This document shows positions 47,501 through 61,313 of a stretch of DNA of 64,000 nt, one piece after another. The first letter of the stretch is position 1, and each line of letters opens with the position of its first letter. This stretch comes from Dicyema japonicum (taxonomy: Eukaryota > Animalia > Dicyemida), in NCBI GenBank assembly GCA_011109175.1, contig RDEW01000002.1, forward strand, positions 1,182,676 to 1,246,675. Direction: 5' to 3'. The translations under genes and the position numbers were made by a program. Below the pieces are notes generated by a model. The model was not told the origin of the DNA. It ran no database searches and saw only the letters and a list, made by a program, of their open reading frames with translations.

Positions 47501-47799
47501 ACCCCTCTTCAAACTCTAATGAAAGATGATCGTCGTCTATTCAGGAAAGCCGTGGGTACTCTGGAGGAACATAGGAAAAACCTCTCGATCCTGTGGAGGG
47601 GCGTACTTTCATTTTATCACCTTCTAATGAACAGAAATTCAACTCTCAAAGTGACAATGATCCTGGATACTTCTCTTACTTTGTTGAGTATATCTGTAAT
47701 AAAAAGAACGGATCCAGTTTCCTTCAACTATGCAGCAAGGCGTCGGACTATTTTTATTGTTTGCATTGAAAACCGTTAAATCTCGAAGTTCGAATAGGA

Positions 47800-48500
47800 C
47801 CTTAAGTCCTGCAAAAATAAGAAATTCTGACATTATTCAATTCAATATATACTGTCTTGCACAGAAATCCACTGAACTTATTGCCTTTTTGCCGCCTACA
47901 AAAATGATACTCCCATTTACAGGAACAGAACTCCCCAAAAGGATAAAACTCTTCCTAATTTCAAATACTACTCAATTTTCCACTGTGATCGCCCAAACAA
48001 AAAATAGAGGGTGGTGTGGTAACTCTTATTCACAATTCTATTCCTTTCTGTGATACCTACACTCAGACATTCACTTTAATCAAACAGAACATCCCATTGA
48101 GGTTACTTCCATTCTTGTTAAAATAAACTGCACATCATAAATCTCCATAAATATTTACATCCCACCTTCTTGTACGAAGCACTATTAAACAAACTGGAAG
48201 TAATAATCTGTGGAGACCTAAATACGAAAGATCCGCTTTGTCTAAGTAGCTAAAAGGGCAATAAAAGAAGGACTCTGATCATATCACAACTCTAACATCT
48301 GGTCATCTTCAATGACAAAAACTTTTACACTCAGCTGCTCGCTCTATGGGACACTCCAATGCCTTTCCTGATCTACCTAATGTTCATCGTTATATATAGA
48401 ACTTCCCATCATATCATAATCTATTACATCTTTTTATCTAACTACTCCCACCTTATAGACTTCGAAAAATCATTATAAACTACCAACATGCTAAATGTAA
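47800..48500 (+). mobile_element. Degraded LINE APE fragment
   Basis: IIQFNI, NIYIPP, ICGDLN remnants. Confidence 0.6.
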
Positions 48501-48949
48501 GTCTACGATTTCCACTTGCCACGCCGAAAGTGATATATGGAGCGACCTCTTACTTAATAAACGTTAATATCCTACAAGTTGTTGAGGCTAAATTCACTAA
48601 CTATAATTCAAAATTGCGATTTTTATGATCATTGGGTTATTATTACCTCCAGGATCACTGGGTCAAAGAGAAAAAAATAAAAGGGGTTGTGGCTTATTGG
48701 TAATGTGACTTTTTTTAACCCTCCAATCAATTAATATACAACAAATTTTGTCCAACTTGGAGATGACAGATAGTTTATAATAATTTTAAATATTATAGAC
48801 ATTTAGCATTATCTTATTAGACTGACAATATTTGTAAAGACATAATATTCGTATAGGCACACTCAAAATTATTAATAAAAACGGTGTTTTACATATTTAA
48901 TCTAAGATACACTGAGAAAGAAGTTGACACCTAATTGGTCTTGTGTTAG

Positions 48950-49130
48950 ATTCCCCATTGGTTACTTGATCAAAGGTTTCTCTTCCTTTTATTTGTTCGT
49001 TATCTTCTCTAGAGTGTTGTCATGTAATTCGGTTGTCTCAGGTGACGCTCAATGGCAGAAAGATATGAAAAAAGATCACTTGGTCTCCCCCACTCCATTG
49101 AAGGGGTCCCACCACTGCAAGGAATGATAA
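48950..49130 (+). mobile_element. Diverged copy of the 23885/31140 element
   Basis: AAAAAGATCACTTGGTCTCCCCCACTCCATTGAAGGGG matches the reverse complement of the 31230-31270 core. Confidence 0.7.
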
Positions 49131-51466
49131 GTTCTTCCCTTCAGAATGAACTCGTAAGTGATATTTTAAGAAACATTCCGACTTTGAACTTACAAATGTG
49201 AGTTAAATTAAATTAATTGAACCAGAAAACCACCGTCATAGCCAGAGTGAAAAATTCAGGCAATCCCTGACTCCCTCAGCAATCTACGAACGCTCGTACT
49301 TGAAGGAAGTGCCGTCCAGGGGGAACTCTTCTGGATGATTGTTAACTAATGGTCCTTTTTGGATATAATTTAGGATTATACTTGGCGCCATCAGAGAAGG
49401 TGAACCACATGACACACACTAACAATTCAAGCTCCCTGGAGTCAAAAGGGAATAGGAGGAGCATATGACACGAACAAAAAATCTTCAATTCAAGTAGCCA
49501 CATAACAACAAACTAACGTTTTCACCACGTGGCAATATTTATTTAAGTGAGTTTACTGTGTTTAATGTAATAAAGTAATTATTATTATTAATTTGTCAAA
49601 TGTATAGTGCATTGATCAATCATGTCATATTTTTCGTATTTGTCGATATTTATTACTGTTTGTCGTTAATATTAAATGACAACACGATTTGTGACTCCTT
49701 CTAGTTGTAATTCATGGAGGAAACAGCTGATATCAGCCAGACAAACAGCACTTATCTTCAATCAATCCCACATAGCGAATGAAAGAACATTAACTAGTCG
49801 TAGTACATTTCTCAGTAGAAGATTGAAGCCATGAAGCCAAATATTGCCAAAATACGGAATGTGGTGGAACTATTCAATTTGCCCAATCAAACCCAAGAAA
49901 GACCAACATCCTCAACAGTCATGTCCCTATTTTGCAAACAAGATCGTGAAAAAATACAAGTACAAACTAATACTATTCCTGTAAAAACTTTTGGTAAACG
50001 TAAAAAAGTATGCAGACTTAAAAAGTAATATACTTTTGATATAATAAATATTATTTTGTTTACAAAGTAAAGGGGACTTTTAGTTACTAATACAATATAA
50101 ATTATTGTTCAATCACCCATTAGACATTACAAAGCTTTTGAGGATCATCGGATATGGTTTTTATCATTATGCTACCTCTTTAATGATTCAAATGAGGGGA
50201 AATAGATTCTCAAAGTTGATCATTTTTTGGCTTATCTGTTTAACAGAGTCAACATTTTTACAATCAATACTAACGATAAAGCCACACAAGAAACAGTATA
50301 GGGGGAGTTAATTTACACACAGAGATTTTCCATACAAAAAGGGAAGATCATCTCAATTGGGTTCTTTCTATCTCAATCTGGTGGGATAGATCATTGGACG
50401 GAAAGATCACTGTCTCCATACCCCGTTTGATTACATCTTTGAGGGCAAGTGTCTAGGGAACCCCATTCCTTCTAATGCACGATAGAAGATAAATATACAG
50501 TGAACTCTCCCAAATTTACCATTTTTGGTTTTTGGGAATTGGCAAATTTCAGAATTTAATCAATAATTTATAAAATAGTTATTGGGTAAATTCTCATCTA
50601 TGAAAATAACTAAATTTGATTTTATTACGAAAAAAAATTTATTTAAAAAATAAAATATTAAATTTTATAGAAATAAAATTTAATTCCCATTTGTTTTTTT
50701 TATTTTCTCTAATATTTGCATTAAATCTTTTAATAAATGTAATAAGGACGACATCCTCTTCGTTTTCAACGTTCTCAAGAAGATCCTTTTCAATTTTGCT
50801 TAACTTGGATGCTATTTCATTCTTGTTTAGGGGTTTCAATTCAGTACTTTCTTCATGGATGAGTATCTCATTATTATCGATTAATGATGTTATTTCTTCT
50901 TCATCTATTGCATTTTTTTCAGAATAATTTAATAAATTTTTCTATTTCAATCGGATCGTGAATATCCGTATTAGATAATATTTCTTATGTTCACATTTAC
51001 TAAAGGTCTGCTAGTACCCGATTTTTTAGAATTTGAAAACAATTTTTGACTGTTTTAGGGGATACATCTCCCAGGCCAACTTTATAAATAGAACAATGTC
51101 TTTAAAGTACATAAACTGACATGTTTTCTTTTTCCAATAATCCAGTAAGATACTCCAATTTGTGTCTATTAAAGTGGACTTTGAATGTTTTAATAATTCC
51201 CAAATCCATTGAATTATTCCTGTAGCATTTTTGGATAAAAACATTTTTTAATATTTTCCAAATTCGATGGAAAGCAATGAGAAGGACAATTATCTATAAG
51301 GAGCAAAATTGATTTCTTCTCTGCCCTCAAAAAGCTATCGAAATTTATCATCCAGTTAATAAAAATAAATCCGGTCATCCACGCTCTTTTGGAACTGTAA
51401 TACGAAACAGAACACCGATAATCATATTTTTTAAACACATTTTTGATTTTCCAATCAATAAAGGCT

Positions 51467-54400
51467 TTAACAATAAAATATTATTTATTAACTAGCGGGG
51501 AGAGTGGCTGTTGACATTACGGAGTAAGCGTTTCCGCGAAAATTGCGATCCAATTCGTTGCCTCAGCCAGACCGCTTCCCGCACGTCTTTCTTACGGTGG
51601 GCCAATTTCCCCTTGATTTCCTTCAGGAAAGAGGCTGTAATACTTCCGGCCCCACCAGACGTATCGATTGTCATCGGTACAAAACGGTATGGTCTCCAAT
51701 TTCGCCATCTTTTTTAATCTTGATTTCTCGGCCCGATCGACTGCCGATCCTGCAGACTGCGCCGAGCAGAGTATCATCGAGTTCGAGAAAGAATTCACAA
51801 CAGTGCAGTCCTATACGAGCGATTTTCCCTCAGTGAACAGAAAGATAGTAAACCCATCCGGTCTTTTACCGTTTCCGCGGTCTAATTCCACGGTTTCTTG
51901 TATTGCTGGGAAGTTTCTAGAGCACGCATGACAATTTTGTTAATAGCAGCATGACGGGTTGCTCTGCTCGCACTCCTTTTACACGAGAGCGGATGCAGCC
52001 CTTTGGCATCGACGATCTCTCCACAACGACATTGGTGTTCGACGCAAACATCAACTCCCAGGCGTTGTGCGATCCCGATCCGAATACAGTCATCTTTTAA
52101 AAGAGTCACCAGGGAGGAACAAGGGATTGCATCCAGCCACGCTCCGCACCCATGGTTGGCAGCGGACACGAGGCATGCAAGACGATTCTGGTTGGCCTCA
52201 GACTTTAGCAAGCCGAAGATATTCTTGGAGTAGATCTCATCCCAGTTAGTTGCCTCGAAGGATCGTTCGGCATATCCAAACCAGTTTCACACTATTCGCG
52301 ACGAGCTTCATCGAAGACTTTTTCCCAAGAAAGTTTGGTTGGAAAACGTAGGATATCTTGGACCAAAAGGCTTCCACTTGAGAGCGATGACACATATGCT
52401 GGAAAGGCGATCTCCAGCGCCGACCTGAGACCCGTACCTCCGAGGCGTGTAGGAAGCTTCCATTGATTCCAACTCGGCACGTCAAAGTGGATGTTTGAAA
52501 CAGGGAGAACATTTTTTAAAGCCTTTTCACGAGAGCCATAGTATTTATAGCTCCGCATAGGCAGGACACACTTTATTTAAGTAAAGAACAGTTAATTTTA
52601 ACTAATCTTAGAACCAAGGAATGATCTTCACTTCTTTTTTTTCTTTTTCTTGTGTGAGTGTCCTTTCTAGACAATCCAGTTCCGCAGTGAGTATCCACTG
52701 ATGACAGCGTCACTCGTAAAGGGAGAACATCGGAAAGCATATAGGGCAAGCCGATGGTATTCTTCAAAAGAAAGAACGCTGTATGAGCATCGAGTAAGAG
52801 AGTTCTAGAGATTTCATCCTCTTTTGTTAGTAGATGGCTCCGCAGTTCCTTTTCGTCAAGTGGGCACCCAAGAAAGTATGTCCGCTCCTGGGTACGACAG
52901 TAATGCCAGGTAGTACCGAGTTGAAAGACTCTCCGAGTATGTGATATTTATTAGTTCCGATTTCTTTATAGTTATCTCAAGTCCGAGGTTTCGTAGTGCC
53001 GGCACGGCATGTGACAGAACGTCCTGAACTTTTCTCCACGGCCCTCCAATCGTGGCGTCATCGAGATACTAAAGGTTAGTTGTGTGTTTATAGAGCGGAC
53101 AATTTCATCGATGGCCAGAGCGAAGAGTAGTGGACTAAGTGGGTCCCTTGTTGAACTCCGGTGTCCGAACAGATAATCTTGTCCCCAAAAAACAGTGAAG
53201 AATTGGTTCCGTAAGGGAGGAAGACAAGTGGAATAAGTTCCGGGGCTCGTTTGCTTGTTGTTTCGAAAATTTGATCCCTCCTCAGTCAATTGAAGGTATT
53301 GCAGATGTCCAGCTTGACCCCAATGTGTGGGTTTTGTTCGTCTTTCTGTCCAAAAAAACACCTTGCAACATGCACTGTCGCCTCGCATCCGTTCCTTATA
53401 CCGACCCCCAGTTGGAGGGAAATAATTCTTCAGATATTTTCGGACAGACAATACTGCATGCGATTTTCGCTGTCAGTCTTCAGAAATAGTTGCCGACCGT
53501 GATGGGGCAGACTCCACCTTCGGGTTTTTGAAGGCCAGTAATGTGCACTGAAAAGAAGCTCCTTGCGTGGGAGAATATCTCTCTTCAAAATACGCATAAT
53601 CAGTTTTGTAATTGATTTGACAAAATTGCAGCCAGCTTTTGCGTAGCCCCGCCGTAAATCCTTGATGTGACCTGGCCGCAAGCATCGAGACCTCCACTGC
53701 TACTCGCAAACGACGAAATACTGCGCCGCACTTCGCCTTCGGTGACGGTCGTCCTTGACAAATTTCCCATGCACGAATGGGCGGTAATCTCCCGGAGACA
53801 TGGATGTTTTCGTCTGAGTAGTTCAAGCACCTCAGGCGTCGCAGCATGGCAGTATCGTCGCTGGCAACAACGCGCAACGCCGCTCGGATGTCGCTTCAAA
53901 TAGTTTGATTTACTCTTCTCCAAGTTTGTCCGGGCCATTCAAAAAACCGGAGATTGGAATTAGGTGTTTTGGTTTCTTGACTTCCGTCTTGGTGAGAGAA
54001 TGCACATAGAAAACCTGGATGTTCTTCATTTTTGAGGAAAGGGAGTTTCAAGTGTCGTACTTTCTCTGTGTTCCGTTGATCTCCTTTTGGTCGGTAAATG
54101 GAATTCCAAGTGCCATCGGGGCGAAACTGAGGAGTTTTAGCCAGGCCTCCTGGTCGTCGGACGTGAGAGCATCGTCAATTGCAGAGGCCAGGCATGTAGC
54201 CGTGGGGATCCGGACGGGTCTTGGGATCCTGATTGGGATCTTCCTGGCTTTCCTTAGATCTGACAAGAAAAGCAAGAGGTTGTCCATATCATTGAAGTCT
54301 ATAGGCTCATTCGTTTGACGTGCTCGTTTGGAATGATCCTCTGGGTTTTTCCGACCAGTGTCCATGCAGACACTGCAGTTTCACAGCCAGAGTGAGCATG

Positions 54401-54563
54401 CAGCCCGCTGATACATCTTTATGCATCCGAGGTGGAAAAAGTCACCGCAAGACGAGCAGAAAGGTCAATATTTGCGTGCATTAGCATTACCGCATGAAGA
54501 GAATGTAGTGTCCAGTCTCTTGGGTATAATATGTGTTGCTCCATTATATGAACGACGCTCCAT
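51467..54563 (-). mobile_element. Near full-length decayed CRE-like retrotransposon (PHD-RT-CCHC-RLE)
   Basis: ATG 54563; PHD 54363-54505; SSGGLD, DPLSPLLFALAID, GAWLDAIP, CRCG..HPLSC..RH, KRPDG; 3' UTR matches 28500-28530. Confidence 0.92.
52513..52719 (-). mobile_element. 5'-truncated SINE family A inserted in the CRE ORF
   Basis: Family A core and tail; 11-bp TSD AGGGAGAACAT at 52502-52512 and 52720-52730. Confidence 0.92.
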
Positions 54564-55099
54564 GATGATACAATTATAAGAATTCTGCTTCACTGAATAT
54601 TAATCATCGTTCAACAATGCACTTTAAAATTTAAAAACATTAGGAATACCTTTTGCTTCCATCGAATCCATCCACTCAACAAGCTTTTCATCAAATTGTG
54701 GGAACTTTAATTTTTACTGTTTTTGTTGATGAATTTTTAGTTTTGAATTGTTCCAAAATTGACTACGACTTTTTAAGATAGCGCTAACTGTTCTTCGGCA
54801 AATGTTCACTTTAAACAAAAAGGAAGACTTATTGGCAATTCTTTGGCATTATAAGTTGCTGTCATCCTTACAACGCAATATTTGCACTTTTTGTTCGATA
54901 GTGAGTCTTGTAAATCTACCACTATAATCACAATTTTTTATTGTTTTAATTTTCAGTAATTTTTTTAAAACTTAAAAAAATTCTGGCAAATTTCGGAATT
55001 GGCAAATATCAACTAAAATTAAAATATTTTTTGGAATTGGCAAATTTCAGAGAGTTTACTGTATTTGTGGTCGATTAATTTCTCACAACTGAAGGGATT

Positions 55100-56830
55100 C
55101 GCATAGAACTTAAATTTTTATTCTAAGAACACATTGCGACATGAAAAGCTTCCGGACGAAAATGAAATCCCCATTGTTGTGACATGAAATTATTATCTTT
55201 GACACGTTTACATATATATTGAATATTCGATTATTTTCGAGATAGAACATATCAGACTAATAGGTCTGTAGTTAGATGGATCTCTCTTCGACTTAACTGG
55301 TTTTAGAACTATCCTGGCAATAAACTTCTTCCATGTAGAACACTAAACAGAATATCCTTCTTTTAACAGGACTATGTTTATATGGTCGGGGCTGGTGCGT
55401 AAACTTTGCGTAACTTGAGGATATTTTCAAATATGACCTTGATTCTGTTTCTCTCTGATAGTCGTCTTTACTTTCAATAAGGTGACTACTCCGTCCATTA
55501 TCTTTAGTCCTTCAGAGTATCTAGTTAGATTCCGCTAATCTCCTTTCCTGTCGTCAGGAATCAGACTCAATAAATCCACATCCTGCATACTCTTCAGTTT
55601 TTCTTGAAACTAAGGATATTTCCCCCATCGTGCTGATAATGCCGTCCGGTTTATCCAGAATTTTCTTTCTGTATCAATTCTTGGACACATCAGCTTTCTA
55701 TAGCTTTTCCAAAAGGATGGATTCTTTGCATTAACCCTCGACACCTCAGTCTTCTGCTTTCGATCATTTTCAACCTTCCATATTCTGTAAAAAGTCTTGT
55801 TAATCATAATCCTCCTCTCAGATATAGCCATACTATTAACACTGTAATACAACGTCCCCATTTCTCCCTTAAGTGATTCCTTCCGCGTATTAGATTTTTT
55901 ATAATGGGAGAAACATAATCAAGGTCATATTTGAAAATATCCTCCTCCCATAGATGATTACAGTTACATGAGACATATCGAATTTCAAGAAAACATCTTC
56001 CATAACATCCGTTTACCACAATCCCCCAAATTCTTAGAATATAATCCACCAAGATATATCCACAATTTCGCACAACGTACTTCAATGTTCCCTTTGTCCG
56101 TGGACCACTTCTCTATCAATTCAAAATCTCTTTTTATGTGGCTGCGATTTTCTGGGAATTTTTCCGAAAGATCGAAAGCCCTCATGAGGTATATGGATAA
56201 AAAATGGATGACTAAATATATTGGGATGATTCACGATCTTCCATTTCTGTAGTTGATCTTTTTCTCACATTTGTTTAGCATATTTCCGACATACCATGGG
56301 AAACAAACATGTGTATCGAAGATTACCGCTTTAATTTCAATTGACTTGTTTGACATTTTTTAATCGGAAGTGAATATGGATGTAACGAATTTCTCAGGTC
56401 TAACTGTCAGTCGGTTCTCGTTTAACAACACAAGTAAAATGTTCAGGTGATGTTGCATTCTCTCGGTGGTTGCATTCTCAGCCTGGAAGTCTTGATTCCA
56501 TGATGCTAAAACGATGTTGTCTGCATAAGCCAAAAGAAGATCGTTTATTAAATGTATTAGAATGTAATCCAAGAATAAATTGAAAGGTAGCTGGAATAGT
56601 GGTGAACCATGTGGTAGCCCATTCGGAAATAGTCGAGAGACTGATCGAATGTTTCCAAGACAGACTCTTCCTTTTCGGTCATTAAGAAAGCTATCCAGAC
56701 AGAATTTAAAATTCTCAGGAATGTTCGTGTGAAAACTTTCCAAGTAAGATTTTTTGTGAACGTGTTGACGACTGCCTTGTTTCTGTTCCCTACAGAGTGC
56801 TGACATAGGGGATTCATGTTGAGTCAGCAT
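55100..56830 (-). mobile_element. Degraded LINE fragments (APE/RT)
   Basis: YRPISLIC at ~55260; NGLPHGSPL..LAYADNI at 56360-56830. Confidence 0.7.
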
Positions 56831-58054
56831 AGTCTTACTGCTATGAATGCAGTCAATATTTTTTAATTGTTTGATTTACACATTCTTTTGTGAAAAGCAT
56901 TATAACTTTCATTTTCTTATTTGGTAGCTTAAACTACTGAATGATTATGGCAAACAGAGGATGTTTTTTATATTTGATTATTAAAATTAGAAAATATGTG
57001 TTCATTGAGGATTGCGCGTACATGAATTTAGAAAAAGTTTAATTGTGTCAATTACTCTGGTGAAGTTAGTTAGCCCGACCTCACTGACTGGTGAAGAAAC
57101 AGTGTGAACCAAAGAACAGCCTATAAGTAATTTCAATAATATTATTTGGTTTGAATAATAAAAATATTTCAAACAAATTACATAATTTATTAAGAATAGT
57201 TGACTTAATTGACTTGCCAATTGAGTCTATGGAGATCATTTCCGCTTTGTCCAATCGCTCTTGAAACCTCCTAAACGGTTAGGAAATGGATAAAGGAGTC
57301 ATCAAAGATATCGGGAATGATATTGTGACTCAGTAACTGTCACAAACGGGAATGGTTTTCGCAGGTTCTTATGGTCATGGTCGGAGGCAATGACCTCTAA
57401 TGATCTGTAAGTAATGTCTTTGTTGTCAAATAATAGGAAAGTAATCTTTATGAATAAATAATTCCAAGAAAATCATCGCCAATTTCATTTATATAAATTA
57501 TTCGTTAAAATAAAACTAATATTTTTTGTGGTTGAATTATGAATAAATGATTAATTTTAGTTTATTTCAATTCTAAATATATATTTTAATTTTTTATATA
57601 TAATTTTAATAAAGTTAGGCCATAACAAAAGTTAATTTTTTATTTCCAATAGCGTTTGCGCGAACGAACAGCGAATATATTGCAAATATCTTAGGAATGC
57701 GCCAAAAATATGTCAGGAATGTATGTTTTGTTTTCTTTGGTTTATGATAATCTTTGATTAACCATTGGTTTTAGGCAATTATAATACGACTTTGCTGTTT
57801 CTGTAGAATTTAATGGTTTTAGCGATTGCATTACTCATTGGTGGTTAAATATTGCAATGTCATAACCTCAAATGCACATTCCAATGATTTAAAGTGGTCA
57901 TGAGCACAATAGTCTTAGTTTTCTTAGTATAATGAAGGCTGTCATTTGTTATTGTTGCTTTTTTCATTGTTAACCTCAATTTCTCTTGTTTTCTTGAAAT
58001 TTTTAGAAATCAAATGCAAAACTGAGATGGAATGGAAGTTTTGACGGATCTGAA

Positions 58055-59390
58055 ATGGGTAAAGACACGAACAGTGATCTCACAGGAGAGGATAGTCTGG
58101 CTGAAGGAGTGTGGTCAATGGAAATTGACAGATGCTTCCACGAAGCACTGAAACTCTACCCCCCGTGTGGAAGAAGGAAAATAGTTTTTTCAGGGGAAGG
58201 TCGGATGTATGGTATGTTTATAGACTGATTTATAGGTCGAAATGAACTTATTGCCAGATTTATTTTTGAAAATACAGGAAAGGTTCGCACAAGAAAGCAG
58301 GTCTCGAGTCACATACAAGTGCTCAACAGACGGATGAAGAAAAAAGAGGTGTTTGAATGTAATATTAAATAAGACAAATAAAACGACCAACCCACTAAAA
58401 GATCAATTCTCAGACTCTTTATTTGATGCAAATGTAGCAAGTGGTAATTTCCATACTTCTCAGAGTCACCCAGAAGTAAGAAATAATGTCTTAGCAGCAA
58501 ATAACCAATTCTCAATGCAGTAATATGCAATATTATTTTAGGGAATCTTTCGACTTGCTTGATAATAATATTTTTGACAATCAAATAAATTATATCGGTT
58601 ATCCAAATAATGTGGTTTGTGGGATAACAGGATTGAAAGTAAGACTTCATGAATACTATATATTCATTTCCCCAGAACTGCCAACATTTAATGTATAAAT
58701 TATTAATATTAAGTCCTCCCCATGTTTCCAACACATCCTTGCTCGAATTGATCAAAACTATGAGTACATAACAGAAGTTTAAAATGTAGTGATTCGTAGG
58801 CGATTGATGTAAATAAAATAACTGATAAATTCTCTCCGGACTATTTGACATTTGTGCATCAGGGTCCCCAACTGGCATTCTACCTAGTAAAGTTTTGGGT
58901 ATATGTTAGTAATAGTAGATATAGGTTGATTTAAATATTAACCTAAAAATGAATCAGACTAAATTTTACTGGAATATGAAGTAATTGTTTACTTATTTCA
59001 GACTAATAGGAACTGAGAAAATGGATGTTGAAATTACCACCAAAATGTACTCCCTCGGAAATGAGGTTGCATCTGATATATCAGTATTACAATTAATTAT
59101 TAAAGATTGCTACTTTGGATAAATATGATAACACATTTGTTTATTCAATATCACAAGAATTTAACAAATATTTCGCAGATGTCATGCTAAAGGTCCATCC
59201 ACATAATTTAAACAATCGAAATTTGATTTTAGAATATTTTTCTGTTGTTAAAGTAATACTTTATATTAATTTTGATTGTTAAAAAATATATACACGGGGG
59301 AGGTTCTACTTTGTATTGGATGTATTGAATCTGCTTCCACTGAATATGGAGATCAACACAAAAATATACAGATTGAACAGAATTTCATGA
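58055..59390 (+). CDS. TEAD: TEAD/scalloped transcription factor
   Basis: TEA domain [24 protein letters not shown]|[27 protein letters not shown]; YAP-binding domain [17 protein letters not shown]. True start uncertain; indels present. Confidence 0.92.
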
Positions 59391-59469
59391 TTATTTGCTA
59401 TTCATATATTTGGATTATAATTTATTTACTTCTTTATTTTTTAATTTACAACCACACTCTCCAAGATCC

Positions 59470-60630
59470 CTAGGCTCCGTGATAACGAAACCGAGTTCCT
59501 GCTCCAAAGGATTTCTCTCATAGTTGTCAGGGGAAACAGCCACTCACCTATCTGGATTACTGATTGTTTTGTCACGTAATAAATATTTCATAAAGTTAAA
59601 ATTACAAACCAACATGGGTCAATTCTGAAGTATGGAAGATGAAAGGACTCCAATTCCTTCCTATGCTCTTCGCCTAAAATCTTAGAAAGCTTATTCTCGA
59701 TATAACGATATGCTTATCAATGACAACTCACCTAACCTATCCAGATACATTTATGAAGCCTACAATGTAAACTGGGGCACCTAAAGTCCTTAATATCATC
59801 GCGTTGACTATATAAAGTTTTTGATCACTCCTGAGGAGTTAATTACGAGGAAAGGTCTTTATTCAAACATTCCAGCCAGATTCATAAGATGGGTTAAATT
59901 TTTTCATAAAAAAGGATAGTATACATGCATGTCTGTTCAGAATTACCGAACACTTCGCAAGAACAATGTTGTCTGTTCTATTTACATTATTCCTGATCTG
60001 TGTAAAACTGATATAACACAATGATGCTGACAAAGTAGATTATATAATTCTTACATTAAAGACCGATGTTTTCAGACAGCTTCTGAGCATTTGCAAGACA
60101 TTGCTCGAACACCTAAGAGACGAGGAAGTATTGGGAAAGGCCAGAATCATCTAATTACCAATCTATTAATATGGTGGTGATTCTGTATTTAAATAAATAT
60201 ATCCGTCAATAAGATATCGTTTTTGTTTGATTGCGGTTGTAATCATTAGCTAAAAAATTATGGATTGTTTCTGATATTCCCATTTACGAAAGGACGCTCT
60301 CTTGTTTGGATGTAACCTGTGTTGACACTTTTTCTCTACGAATGCGATTTCCACTACGAACTCAAACTGTCCAGTCGCTAATTCTGCCGAACGAAAAAGT
60401 TGCTTAGATATTCTGAGCTTGGGATCGTTTCCACTTGGGTCCCAATCGCGTTCGAAACTTCAGAGGGTCAGGACAGTCATCAGATGTGTTCGCATAGAGA
60501 TCGAGACGTCAAGGTTCGAAGACCCTCAGGAGAGGTGTTGGTTCTGTGAATACCTTGGAATCGCAATCATTCGTTGAAATGCCCCAATCTATGGGGTCTG
60601 TGATTTGTTTGTGTTCTAATAAAAATATTA
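59470..60630 (+). mobile_element. Cluster of decayed retroelement fragments (CRE 3' ends ~59470-59590 and ~60275-60630; possible RT remnant between)
   Basis: RISLIVVRGNS; FPFTKG..VW.VTCVDTF; VPIAFETS motifs. Confidence 0.65.
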
Positions 60631-61313
60631 ATAAATTTAATGCCATAATAATTTGTATTCCAAATGGCATTCTCGAGGTATCTTTCCTTTATTGAAATAA
60701 TTCCAAATGACCTAAATGAACTAAAATAATAAAGATAACCGATTTAATTATTTTGTTCTTTTCTATTTGTGTAATCACCAAATATGGGGTTCACTCAATT
60801 ATGTTTGTTATGTTTAAATATAAAACCATTCTTGTTGAGAACAGGAATCAAGTTAAAGGAATTCATTTTTTGCATCTATATATTAACATAGTTAAGTGGA
60901 GTTCAGAGAAATATTCGAACAACATGACAAGTTACCAAGTGGTTAGTCGTAGAAAGGTGAAGGAGTGGCGTACCCTTATCGTAAAAAAAAAGAGAATTAG
61001 CTTCCTGAAAGATGAAAACACTTCTCTTATTTCATTATGTAAACATGGACAAAATGACACACTTAAGAGACATCGGAAGCGTGAAACTAACAATGTAAGT
61101 GTCGAATGGACAAAGTATAAGTTATATCTTCTCCAGTCTAAATTGAAGAGTCTGAATGAGATTGCGTGATAGTTAATATATGTTGCTATTAACTTTTGAA
61201 TGAGAACAACAAGACATAGTTAGGTACCTCATTTTTCTAAGGAAGGTATCTAAAGATAATGTGGATTACTCCAATTAATAAAAACAACAAAATCAATTTG
61301 AGAAAAACAAACA

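Larger units (their letters stand above)
50498..55061 (-). mobile_element. Tigger/pogo DNA transposon split by a CRE insertion
   Basis: TIRs CAGTGAACTCTCCCAAATTTACCA / TGGCAAATTTCAGAGAGTTTACTG with TA on both sides; HTH remnant RLTIEQKVQI (~54900); DDE_1 KPLLIGKS, SKRAWMT, LLLIDNCPSH. Confidence 0.92.

Noticed and set aside
58309-58878. 189-aa ORF and other antisense ORFs in the track
   Set aside because: Shadow frames of real genes or TEs with no recognisable motifs.
59253-59274. Non-canonical GT-TG intron in TEAD
   Set aside because: Lies in an indel-rich region; a missing A (TTAG) is more parsimonious.
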